Shown here: in pieces, positions 48,433 to 58,936 of the stretch
How the letters are laid out: every line of letters begins with the position of its first letter
Numbering within the stretch: position 1 is the first letter of the stretch
Origin: Leucoraja ocellata
Taxonomy: Eukaryota
Length of the DNA: 64,000 nt
Direction of reading: 5' to 3'
Assembly: GCA_036785375.1 (NCBI GenBank)
Contig: JAWMAR010000252.1
Span: 2,666,001 to 2,730,000, forward strand
Notes under the pieces: generated by a model
The model's input: the letters and a program-made list of their open reading frames with translations, nothing else
Told to the model about the DNA's origin: nothing
The model's database searches: none
Translations under genes and position numbers: made by a program

Positions 48433-51149
48433 TATTTAAATCTTTTTATTTGAATTTCACAGCAATTTGCATACATACAATGATAACAGACAGTGACAGT
48501 CAAGGCATAATTGTGCAACAGTATGTAAGCGACCCTCAAAGCCCTTACCCTTGCCCACCTTCAACCCACCCGAATCGGGTCGGAACGAAACGGGGACAAA
48601 CAACACTCACATACGTACACATCCACACAAATATGGTAAGATAAACGAAACAAAAAGTACTAAAGAAAAAAAAAAAGAAAAAAAGGGGGGTCACTAATAA
48701 CAGCAAATAAGTAAGTAATTAAATTAATAAGGGTGGGGAGGGGGGGGGTTAAAGGGAGAGCAGCTGCAGTAGAGCAGAACAATGGTGGAGAGCACTGAGT
48801 TCTCTTCCGAGTCCGGGGACAAGTTGAGAGAGTTAACAAGTTCCAAGAAAGGGTTCCATGTATCTAGGAATGTCTTGGTAGAGCCTTTGAGAGAGAACCT
48901 AAGTTTTTCAAGCTTTAAATTGTAAAGCACCTCCTTCATCCAGCGGGCGTGTGTCGGGGGACAGGTGAGCCTCCAGTTAAGCAAGATCAGATGATTCAGA
49001 TTCAATTTTAATTGTCATTGTCAGTGTACAGTACAGAGACAACGAAATGCATTTTTCAATGTTTCCCATCTCTTCTTCAGTGATCCAAAATGCAAAGCTT
49101 TGGTCTGGGGTGTGTTTCTCGGAGATCTGCACCAGCTCTGATTTGTAAATCAACTTCTTCAACTCTTCTGTCGAAATCTTATCTGACTGTCCTTTAGCTT
49201 CCACCTTGAAGGATGACATTAAGTATCCAGTGTTGACTTTCTTGGTTTCACTGAAGTTTGGTTCAATCTCCACTCCATCAGAATCAAACTTTCTTTTGTG
49301 GATTTTCGTTGGCTTAATATACAGAATGAAGTAACGGTACTTACTGTCGGTCTCGTCCTCGATCTGATGCCGGGTCACCAGCAGTAGTTCCCCTTCCAGC
49401 ACCGCACCAGGACCACATGGTGTCCGTGTGGCGGTGGCGGTGGCCGGGGTCCAGCAGCCGGGGAGGCGGTGTCGATGCACCGGGTCGACCCGCAGCCGCT
49501 CGTCGCTGGGTTAACAAGGTTGTAAAAGCTAGGACCCGTTTCACCGCAACAGAGAGGTTGGTGTTGGGAGGGGTACCGGAAATGGCTGACAGTGGGTTTG
49601 GAGGAATAGCCTGGCCATAGGCTCTGCTTATCAAGTCGAAAGCACTCCTCCAAAAGGCTGCTAGCATCTGTTGCAGGTGTCCCTAACAGCGGGGTAAATT
49701 CTAGATAATCTTGCATTTGTGTAGTGGACTTTGTGAAGGACTTTGCATTGGATTAGGCCATGACGGGCACATATGGAGGAAGAATGGATCAAATCCAAGG
49801 CAGATTCCCATTGCTGGTCTGTTAGTTTCGTATTCAGCTCACCCTCCCACACAGCTTTTAATGAGGTATGAGGTTTCAATATAACCGACCCTAACAAGTT
49901 ATACAAAACAGAGATGCATTTCTTCCGGTTGGGATCTAGAGCTAACATGGTATTGGTCAGGGTTTCAGGGGGGCGATTTGGGAAATGGGGGAATGTCTTC
50001 TTCACAAAATCCCTAATCTGGAAAAAACGAAAAAGGTGGGAGTTTGGGAGGCTGTAGTTGGACGAGAGCTCCGCAAAGGACGAAAAGATGTCATCCTTGT
50101 ATAGGTTTTTGATACTACTGATACCGTTGCTGTGCCAGGTTTTGAATGCGGGGTCTGTACTTGAAGGTTTAAAGATGTGGTTTTTAAGCAGTGGGGTCAA
50201 GATGGAAGGGCCTTGTAAACCAAAGTTTTTCCTGAGTTGACTCCATATCTTGAGCGAGAGGGACGCAATTGGGCCTGCACCCACAGATGTTATAGGAAGG
50301 GGGAGTTGGGAGCATAGGACAGACCGCAACGGAAGACGTGAACTCGCCTTTTCCATGTGTACCCAGGTCGGTAGGTGGTCGCAATCATCATTCATCCAAT
50401 ACAGGAGTTTTTGCAAGTTAACTGCCCAATAGTATCGCCTAAAGTCAGGAAGTGCCAAACCGCCGTCACTCTTAGGAGACTGCAGTATCGCCTTTCGGAT
50501 TCTAGCCGGTTTGCTACCCCATAAAAATTTAGATATTGTCCTTTCTAATTTATCAAAAAAAAGATTTAGTGATAAGTATAGGGACGTGCTGGAAAAGATA
50601 CAGGAATTTGGGTAGGACAACCATCTTGACCAGATTTATCCGGCCCACGAGGGATAGCGGTAAAACTGACCGGCGGTCAAAATCTCTTTCGGCTTTCTCA
50701 ACCAGAGGCAGAAAGTTTGTGCGGAACATATCAGATAAGGGTGTTGTGATAAAAACGCCGAGGTAGCAAAACCCGTCCTCTGCCCATTTGAATGAGGTTA
50801 AAGAGCGAGGGAGCTGCTTAGCCAATGAGTTAATCGGTAATAGCTCACTCTTTTGGTAGTTCCAGTTTGGTGAACGCTGCATTGAATTCTGCCAGTAGCG
50901 ATATCTTGTGCTCTGTTAACATGGCTGCTAGCGTGGCCACGCCGGTGCTGGTCGTCGGGTGTTCCGTCTTTTGCTCCTCTTTCTTTCCTCTGCCTGGCAT
51001 CTTTATGGCGTGGAGAGGTGCTGTCAATAGTGTTTAAATATTTATGGGTAGTTATAAAACTTAGGCTGAGCTATAATAAAAGTTGGAGGTGAACAGGTCG
51101 GGAGCGTGGAAAAGTGCGACTGCTCCAACATGTCGCCCCCAGCGGGTCT
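48433..51149 (-). mobile_element. Internally deleted L1-clade LINE (5'UTR + ORF1 start fused to the C-terminal half of ORF2 + 3'UTR)
   Basis: 16-bp TSD TTTGATCAACAATCTT (48417-48432 / 51150-51165); ORF2 motifs YLGV, LSLVGRINLVKMVVLPKFLYLFQ, GGLALPDF..YYWA, C..C; AATAAA near the 3' end. Confidence 0.92.
49055..49508 (-). pseudogene. ARPIN: ARPIN processed cDNA fragment (about residues 6-150), fused 3' to a LINE tail
   Basis: RLPGCW.PA...GAVLEGELL.VTRH...RYFILYIKP..IHKRKFDSDGVEIEPNFSETKKVNTGYLMSSFKVEAKGQSD...FAFW matches recalled Arpin; open frame, no introns. Confidence 0.92.
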
Positions 51150-51273
51150 TTTGATCAACAATCTTGAAGCATTTTGAGCTCTATCGTATGATCAAGGGTC
51201 TAGAAAGAGAGAAGCTGAACATTTTGAAACAGATGGACCTCTTGAAAGAGATTCCAGGAAGATAATCTCAAAG

Positions 51274-52027
51274 CTGGTGGGGAATCAGTGTGATGACATT
51301 CAGCACATTGATGAGGATGGCAATGATGGTGTTTCTGATGAGAAGGACTATTGCCGTTTTGTTCCCAACCCTGACCAGATCGATGCCGATGGTAACAGCA
51401 GAGGAGACAACTGCAAGGACGACTTTGACAACAACATCCCAGATATCTATGACGTGTGCCCCGAGAACAGCGCCATCAGTGAGACTGATCTGAGGATGTT
51501 TCAAAGGGGACGATGCAGATCGTTCCTAACTGGGTAGTGCCCAACAAGGGCAGGGAGTAACTGCAGACCGCCAACTCTGACCCTGGCCTTGCTGTCGGAT
51601 TTGAGGAGTTCAACGCTATCAACTTCAGTGGCACCTTCTAGATCAACACAGACTACAATCTACGCTGGCTTTGTCTTTGGCTTCCAGTCCAGCAGAGGCT
51701 TCTACGTGGTGATGTGGAAACAGGCCATCCAAACCTACTAGGAGAAACTGTCCAAACTCCTGGATATGCTAGCGTCTAGATCAAGGTGATGAACCCCACC
51801 ACAGGAGGAAAGTGGAGTGGAGGGGAGGGGAGTGGAGAGGGGGGGGGGGGGGGGGTGGAGTGGAGAGCACCTCACCTGTGCAACGATCTATGAAGAGAAT
51901 AGCAACACCCTCGGACAGGTGCAAACTTTATGGCACAACCCCTTTCGGCTGAAAGGATTACACCCCCTACAGGTGGCACCTGATCCATTGACCCTAAACA
52001 AGCTTCATCGGGATGGTTGTCAATGAA
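51274..52027 (+). pseudogene. THBS2: Thrombospondin-2-like (subgroup A) processed fragment: type-3 repeats + C-terminal L-lectin domain
   Basis: LVGNQCD...[90 protein letters not shown]; stops and deletions; no introns; THBS1 vs THBS2 not certain. Confidence 0.85.
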
Positions 52028-52154
52028 GAGAATGAGAACTGGTTGCCATACCATTGGTTTGATGGACTTTGGGGTACTGTGATACATTATGGCTCTATCA
52101 TTCAGCTAATCATTTCTCTAATACTTGCGACCAGTGTGTGTACCTACCGAGGAC
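52028..52154 (+). mobile_element. Candidate retroviral env TM-subunit remnant + PPT remnant
   Basis: ENENWLPYHWFDGLWGTVIHYGSIIQLIISLILATSVC: Trp-rich juxtamembrane segment plus hydrophobic anchor; GAGGAC immediately before the TG of the candidate LTR. Confidence 0.5.
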
Positions 52155-52725
52155 TGTGAATGTTATCATTTTTGATAAAAATGAGGGCATGAAAGAGCTA
52201 ATAGTCAAATCTAAAATGGAGTCGTTCTTCTACAAACGCATGGTCTAGCAAAACAAAAGAATTGCTCGGTGCCAAGTCTGAATGACATTGTAAATTATGT
52301 GGAACACAATATGGAGGACGTTGTCTTTTTAATAAAGAAATTAAGATGGGATCCTGCAGTAATAACATGTGCTTCTTCAAGGCCATAAAGAAGCCAAGAT
52401 TGAAAAAAATAGCTGACGCCCTAGAGATAAGTAATAACTTGTTATTGGATGAGCTGATTTAGACCCAGCTTTACTATATTGTGAAAGGCTACAGAATCTT
52501 TCAGTCATGCCATATTCAGACTTGGTCGGTGTTTTACTGATAAAAAAAATGTATAATTGTGCTCACTCGCCTTTGTTTTTTGAGTGGGAGCACGAGAAGC
52601 ACTGAGCACTGTATTTGCTCATTGTAATCTTGCCACTTCCGTCTGACGAATCAATTAAAGATTGCCAATTCTTTCAAACCTTCAACGTTTGTTGCTATCT
52701 GCTTTTTAAGAAACAAACTTTCACA
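52155..52725 (+). mobile_element. Candidate 3' LTR (571 bp)
   Basis: TGTGAATGTT...AACTTTCACA termini (9/10 inverted match, TG..CA); TATAA at 52552, hairpin 52559-52593, ATTAAA at 52654, in U3-R-U5 order; no partner LTR found. Confidence 0.55.
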
Positions 52726-53096
52726 TAAAGCTTTGTAGGTTAATTGGCTTCAGTAAAAATAGTAAATTGTCCCTAGTGTGTAGGAGAGTGCTAGAGCACA
52801 GGGTGGTCGCTGGTCCGAATGGAATCGGTTTATTTTAATTATTTCAATTCTGCAATTAAACTATCATATTTGAAACAATGCTTGAAAGTGTAATAAATAT
52901 TGAATTATGATTAACATTATCATTCAACCAACGACAAAGGTGCTGTGAATGATCGTCCTGTAAAAGGATCTATTTAAATGCAAGGTCGTGTTGTTGACAT
53001 ATTTCTAAAATACAACTACAGGCATCACCCGTAATAAATATATATATATCAACTCTTTCTTTTGTTTCAAATTATTGATTTACTTCATCATTCTAG

Positions 53097-53154
53097 GCAG
53101 CTTGTTTGCCGATGTCGATAATTATTGTTGGCGTTGGGCCTGCAGAATTTAATG
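53097..53154 (+). CDS. CPNE8: Copine-8 exon (AACLPMSIIIVGVGPAEFN)
   Basis: ttctag acceptor, gtaag donor; LPMSIIIVGVG motif. Confidence 0.95.
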
Positions 53155-53955
53155 GTAAGAAATATCAAGTTTGTATGTCAAAGATGAGAATGGCATTAAT
53201 GTTATTCGATATGAGAGGGATTTAAATTGAATGAAGTAGAAGGCAACATTTTTAGTAGAATTGTGCAGAGAAGTACTGTTCTAGTTCAGAAATATAAATA
53301 TAGTTATTAAAATTGCTGTAAAATAACACATCCAATAACTTTTATGTCATTTAATTATGTTAGTTGCTGACAAGCATAGAACTTACTCTCCAGAAGTTAC
53401 CGAACTAAGGAGAAAATAGGATTAGGTTTTTGTTTGAACAGATATTTTTTTTAAAATTAGGCTTTCTTCCTGTGATGAAATTGCCTTGTCCAATATAACC
53501 AAATATGTATGTACAACTCTTATGGTTAATTTACGTAAATTAATTTTCAAAGAACTAACTTGATTGATTTGTTACTTCTTTCTTCATGTTTATTCACTCG
53601 GGTGGAAATCAAACTATTCTGTTTATTAAACGTTTTGGATAATACATTTTAACTTGCCCATATCCAGGCCTTACACATCTGGCCCAGGATTTCCGATGTT
53701 AAAGTCTAGACCAAAAGGAACATTTATGTTTACTTCTAATAATCAACATATTCTCTATTATTACCTAAAGCCACCATTTCAAGCAACTGTCCCTCCCCAA
53801 TAATGGAAAAGCCAGAAAATGAATCTGTTATGTATCACCATGGAAAACAGATACAGCCATTATGTTTAAACCAGTTCCATATTTGCTGTTCTTTGCTCTA
53901 TCAGAATGATGCAACAATATGTTTTACATATTCATTGATTCTTCTTTGTTTGCAG

Positions 53956-54029
53956 CAATGGAAGAATTAGATGGAGATGAGATCCGGATATCATCAAGAG
54001 GAAGATATGCCGAGAGAGATATTGTTCAG
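53956..54029 (+). CDS. CPNE8: Copine-8 exon ([24 protein letters not shown])
   Basis: ttgcag acceptor, gtaag donor; LDGD...RDIVQ motif. Confidence 0.96.
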
Positions 54030-54227
54030 GTAAGATGTGGAAGGATGTAGTCTTGAATCACCCACTGATACAAAAGGATGTAAAAACTGCATCTAAATTC
54101 ATTTGAAAAATATTACAGGAGATTTTATTACTTGTTGAAATGAATAGAATTTTCTAATGTAAAGAAAAAATATGCCATCTTAATTAAAACTTTATTAAAA
54201 TGTTGTGAACACTTTTATATATTCATG

Positions 54228-56860
54228 TCATTAGAGCAGAAATAGGCCATTCAGCCCATCGAGTCTACTCCGCCATTCAATTATGGCTGATCTGTCTATA
54301 TCTCTCAACCCCATTCTTCTGCTTTCTCCCATAACCCTTGATGCCCGTGCTAATCAAGTATCTGTCAATTTCTGCCTTAAAAATACCCAATGCCCTGGCC
54401 TTCACAGCCAGCAGTGGCAATGAATTTCACAGATTCATTACCCTCTGACTAAAGAAATTCCTCCTCATCTCCTTTCTAAAGATCTCCACCCCCTCCATAA
54501 TTTTCTAAATTCCAGCTAGTACAAGCCTAATGCCATGAAACGTTCGCCGTGTGTTACCCCAATTATCCTCGTAAACCCCCTCTGGACCCTGTCCAATGCC
54601 TTCCTCAGATATGTGGCCCAAAACTGCTCACAAATGCAGTCTGACTAGTGCCTTATAAAGCCTCAGCATTATATCCCTGTTTTTATATTCTATTCTCTCA
54701 AAATAAATACTGACATTGCATTTGCCTTTCTTGCTAGCAATTCAACTTACAAATTAATCTTTTGGAAATCCTGCACCAGCACTCCCAAGTCTCTTTGCAC
54801 CTCCAATTTCTGATTCCTCTCCCTATTTAGAAAATAGTGTATGCCTTTATTCCTACTACCAAAATCCATTACTGCATGCTGCATTGTATTCCATCTGCCT
54901 CTTCTTTGTCCATCCTCCCAACCTGTCTGAGTCCTCCTGCAGAGTCCCTGCTTCCACCACACTACCTGCCCCTTCACCTATCTTCATATCAGTAGCAAAC
55001 TTGGCCACAAAGCCATCAATTCCATCATCCAAATCATTGATATGCAACGTGAAGAATTGTGGCCCCAGCATCGACCCTTTTGGAACACCACTAGTCACTG
55101 GCAGCCAACCAGAAAAAGCCCCCTTTATTCACACTCTTTGCCTTTGCCAATCATCCAGCCTTCTATCGCTGCTAGTATCTTCCCCCTCCTACCATGTGCT
55201 CTCATCCTCTTTAGCAGTCTCACAGGTGACACCTAATCGAAGGCCTTCTGAAAATACAGATAAACAATATCTAATGAATTTCCTTTGCCTATTCTATTAA
55301 CTTCCTCAAAGAAATCCAATAGATTTGTCAGGCAAGATTTTCCCTTCACTTAACCATGCTGTCATCAGCCTTTTTTATCATGTGTTTCTAAGTACTCGGA
55401 AACCTCATTCTTAATAATGGACTCTAAATCTTACCAAACACTGAAGTCAGGCTAACCGGTCTATAATTTCCCCTCTTTTGCTTCACTCCTGTCTTGAACA
55501 ACAGAGTACCATTTGCAATTTTCCCATCCTCTGGAACCATTCCTGACTCGTGATTCTTGAAAGATCACCACTAATGCCTCCAGTCTCTAAAGTCATCTAT
55601 TTCAGAACCCTGGCGTATAGTCCATTTGGTCCAGGTGACTTATCCACTTTCAGATCTTTCAGCTTTCCAAGCACCTTCTCCTTAATAATAGCTACTCCAC
55701 TAACTTCTGCTCACTGTTAAATTTCATGCACGTTGCTGGTGTCTTCCAGAGTGAAGACTGACATAAAAAAACATATTAAATTCCTCTATTTCCATATTCC
55801 CCATTATCACTTCTCCAGTATCATTTTCCAGCGGTCCAATGTCCACTCTTGCCTCTCCCTTACTTTTTATATATCTGAAGAAACTCTTGCTATCCTCTTT
55901 TATATTATTTGATAACTTACCTTCATATTTAACTTTTTTGCCTTTTTGGTTACCTTCTGGTGGTTTTTAAAAGCTTCCCAATACTCCTTGCAATATTATA
56001 GGCCCTCTCCTTTAGTGTTGTGCTGTCTTCGACTTCCCTTGACAGCCACGGTCACCTCATTCTCCTCTTAGTATATTTCTTCCTCTATTTGGGATGAAAA
56101 GATCCTGTGAATTATTTCTGGAAAATTCTGCCATTGCTGCTCCACCATCATTCCTGCTGAAGTCCCTTCCCAATCCACCAGCCATCTCCTCCCTCATGCC
56201 TCTGTAGTCACATTTCCTCAACGGTATTACCAACACATCCAATTTCATCTTTTCCCTCTCAAACTGCAGGTTGAGTTTTATATTATAGTCACTACCTCTG
56301 AGGGGTTCCTTTACATTAAGATGCCTAATGAAATCCACTTTATTACACAATACCAAATCCAGAATTGCCTTTTCCCTTGTAAGCTCGACTACAAGCTGCC
56401 CTAAGAAGCTATCTCCTAGGCACTCTACAAATTCATTTTCTTGGGATCCAGTGCCGACCTGATTTTCCCAGTCTGCCTGCATATTGAATCCCCAATGATC
56501 ACTGTAACATTGCCTTTCTTACATATTTGTTCCTTACATCTTGGCTACTGTTTGGAGGCCTGTATATAACTTCCATCCGGGTCTTTTTACTCTTGCAGTT
56601 TCTTAGCACTACCCACAAGGATTCTACATTTTTATTTAAATCCTATGTCACCCCTTGTTCATGATTGAATTTATTTCCTTAACAGCAGAGCTACCCCACC
56701 CCCTCTGCCCACCTGTCTGTCTTTTTGAGAGACCTTCGATATTCAGCACCCTGCTCCGATCCTCTTTTAGCCATGTCTCCGTGAAGCCCACATTGCACCT
56801 ACTAATTTCTAACTGATCTATAAGTTCAACCACTTTGTTCCGTATATTGCGTGCATTTAA
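54228..56860 (-). mobile_element. Large decayed CR1 (APE endonuclease + RT + 3'UTR)
   Basis: YLNARNIRNK..TETW, AILDLVL, SGVPKGSMLGP..F..HINDL, KFA.D.K; many disablements. Confidence 0.88.
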
Positions 56861-58892
56861 ATAAAACACATTTTGTTCAGTTTTCACCACATTGGTCCCA
56901 ATTTAGCTTGACCTTAATCTCTATACCTTCTTAAATTTTCTGTCCTATTACATCTGGAAACTACTCCTGCACTCCCAATCCCTTTACCTTTATCCAGCCA
57001 TTTCCAATTCATTGACCCCTCCCTCCCATTATTTCATTTAAAGCCCTGGGTATGTGATTTGCCAGGACCCTGGTCCCAACCAGGTTCAACTGGAGTCCAT
57101 CTGTAGGAACAGCTCCCTTCTTCCCCAATATTGATGCCAATGCCCCGCAAATTCAAACCCACTTAGAAACATAGAAACATAGAAATTAGGTGCAGGAGTA
57201 GGCCATTCGGCCCTTCGAGCCACACCAGTGTTTGAGCCAGACGTTCAACTCTTTAATCTTCTCAACCCTATGCCAATTTGCTCGTGGCTCAGCTAGCAAT
57301 TCAGAGATTATTACCTTTTTGGTTCTGCTTTTCAATTTAGACCCTAGCTACTCAGTTTCCCTGAGCAGAAACTCTGTCTTGACAAGCTTTACAGTTCTCT
57401 AGGGCATTTAGTTGGAACTGTTGATTTTTTTTTTAATTGACCAACCATGTTCAATTTAGTCAACCATGTAGATTTCTACCATCTTTCAAACAGATAATTA
57501 GCCAATTTATTTTAAAAAATCCCATGAACCAGTTTAAGAGTACACAAGACATTTATATATATATATTTTTCCATTGGGTTCATTTCACAATTTCTAAAAT
57601 ATGTGTCTTCTCATTTTGAAGTGAAACTGTTCTACAGGCAGCAGAATATTGTGTTACTTTAGTCTAAATATAGATATGCCTTAATTAAAATTTCACAAAG
57701 ATGTAAAACCATAGATGAAGGAAATTATAATTTTCAAATGGTAAAAAATAAAGTTGATTTCCTTTTGCTAATTTACAAAATCTGCAGGTGTGCTGTGCAT
57801 TTTCTTCCTTCAGGAGAGAGGTGAAGCTATTCAGTGGACACATTTCTCTGCCAAAGTATGCTAATTTGACGATTGGCGTTTCAGCCGTAGCACAGAAATC
57901 CTGACTAAATAAGATACACGAGATAAGGACAGATGTACTAGAGATTGGAAGTCGAGTGTTTTATTGTCATATGTCCTGAAATGGCACAATGAAATTCTTA
58001 CTTGCAGCAGAACAACAGATATGTAAACGTACTACTCTGTAAAACGCATAATAAACAACAAAAAGTTCAATATATATTAAGAAAATACAAATAAATAGAT
58101 AATAGTAATGCAGTCAAGAATAACATCCCCAAGTCCAAATAGTTTTAAGCTTATTTGTAGATTGTAGATGGTCATAGGGAAGAAGCTGCTCCTGAATCTG
58201 CACGTTAGTTTTCTTGCTACTGTACCATCTTCCCTATGGCTGGATTGAAATGGGAGCGTGGCCAGGGTGTTGTGGGTCTCTGATGCTGGCTGCCGTAGAT
58301 CCCTTCGATGGTGGGGAAGTGGTGGCAGTGCTCACCACTTTTTGCAAATATTTGAAAGCAGCCAGTAAAATATAGTTCATGTGTTGAAAAGTATTACCGC
58401 TTTTACATTGTAGGCTAGACTCAGCATTTTTATTGGAAATATTCTTACTGAAATATCTGGTTACAGTCATGGTGTTGGTAAAATGTTGTTTCAGTAGCTT
58501 TTGATCTATGCAGATATTAAAGTTTGCCTCAGAAATATCACCAAATTTTGAATATTCATTCAAACTATCTTTTGAATTTTCTTAAGCAGCGAAAGTAGAG
58601 CATCAGAGCAAACAGGTCTTGTTTGTAAAAGATTAGAGAAGGACTGCTGCAAAGGTTACACATTAAAATTCTGCAAGCATAGCATCAAGTACAATATAAG
58701 TGGTAATATCCTGTATTTCCACCGAACAGCTTTATGTTGGAAGTAAAGTGTTATTATTTATAACCCATAGAAACCACAACTCGGTTGGACTCAGAATTGC
58801 CTTTCTCATAAAGTCAATGACTAGTGGTGGAAAGGTGTTATTCTGGCCTCAGGTCTGTGACAGCAAAAAACTGCTGGGACCTCTGTAGTTGA

Positions 58893-58894
<2 letters not shown>

Positions 58895-58933
<39 letters not shown>
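58895..58933. repeat. (AT)n microsatellite
   Basis: Directly visible. Confidence 0.95.

Positions 58934-58936
<3 letters not shown>

Larger units (their letters stand above)
48349..51250 (+). pseudogene. CRACR2A: CRACR2A/EFCAB4-like processed fragments (48349-48432 + 51166-51250), split by L1
   Basis: KNIFADQEEVQSFWSQLWKDKPHLINNLEAF then [25 protein letters not shown]; resemble recalled CRACR2A [22 protein letters not shown] and [25 protein letters not shown]; paralog (2A vs 2B) uncertain. Confidence 0.72.

Noticed and set aside
48977-49480. ARPIN ORF as a functional nested gene
   Set aside because: Lacks the native start and the acidic C-terminal Arp2/3-binding tail, and is embedded in an L1; treated as a retrocopy fragment.
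51804-51865. G-rich insert within the THBS fragment as a separate element
   Set aside because: Explained by local slippage expansion of gtggag/poly-G within the TG.GEHL codons.
52198-52460. Short frames (e.g. FFKAIKKPRLKKIADALE) as another captured gene
   Set aside because: No convincing protein match; better explained as U3 of the candidate LTR.
52480-52725. Alternative shorter LTR starting at TGTGAAAG
   Set aside because: No purine tract precedes it; the 52155 start has a longer inverted match and abuts GAGGAC and the env-like peptide.
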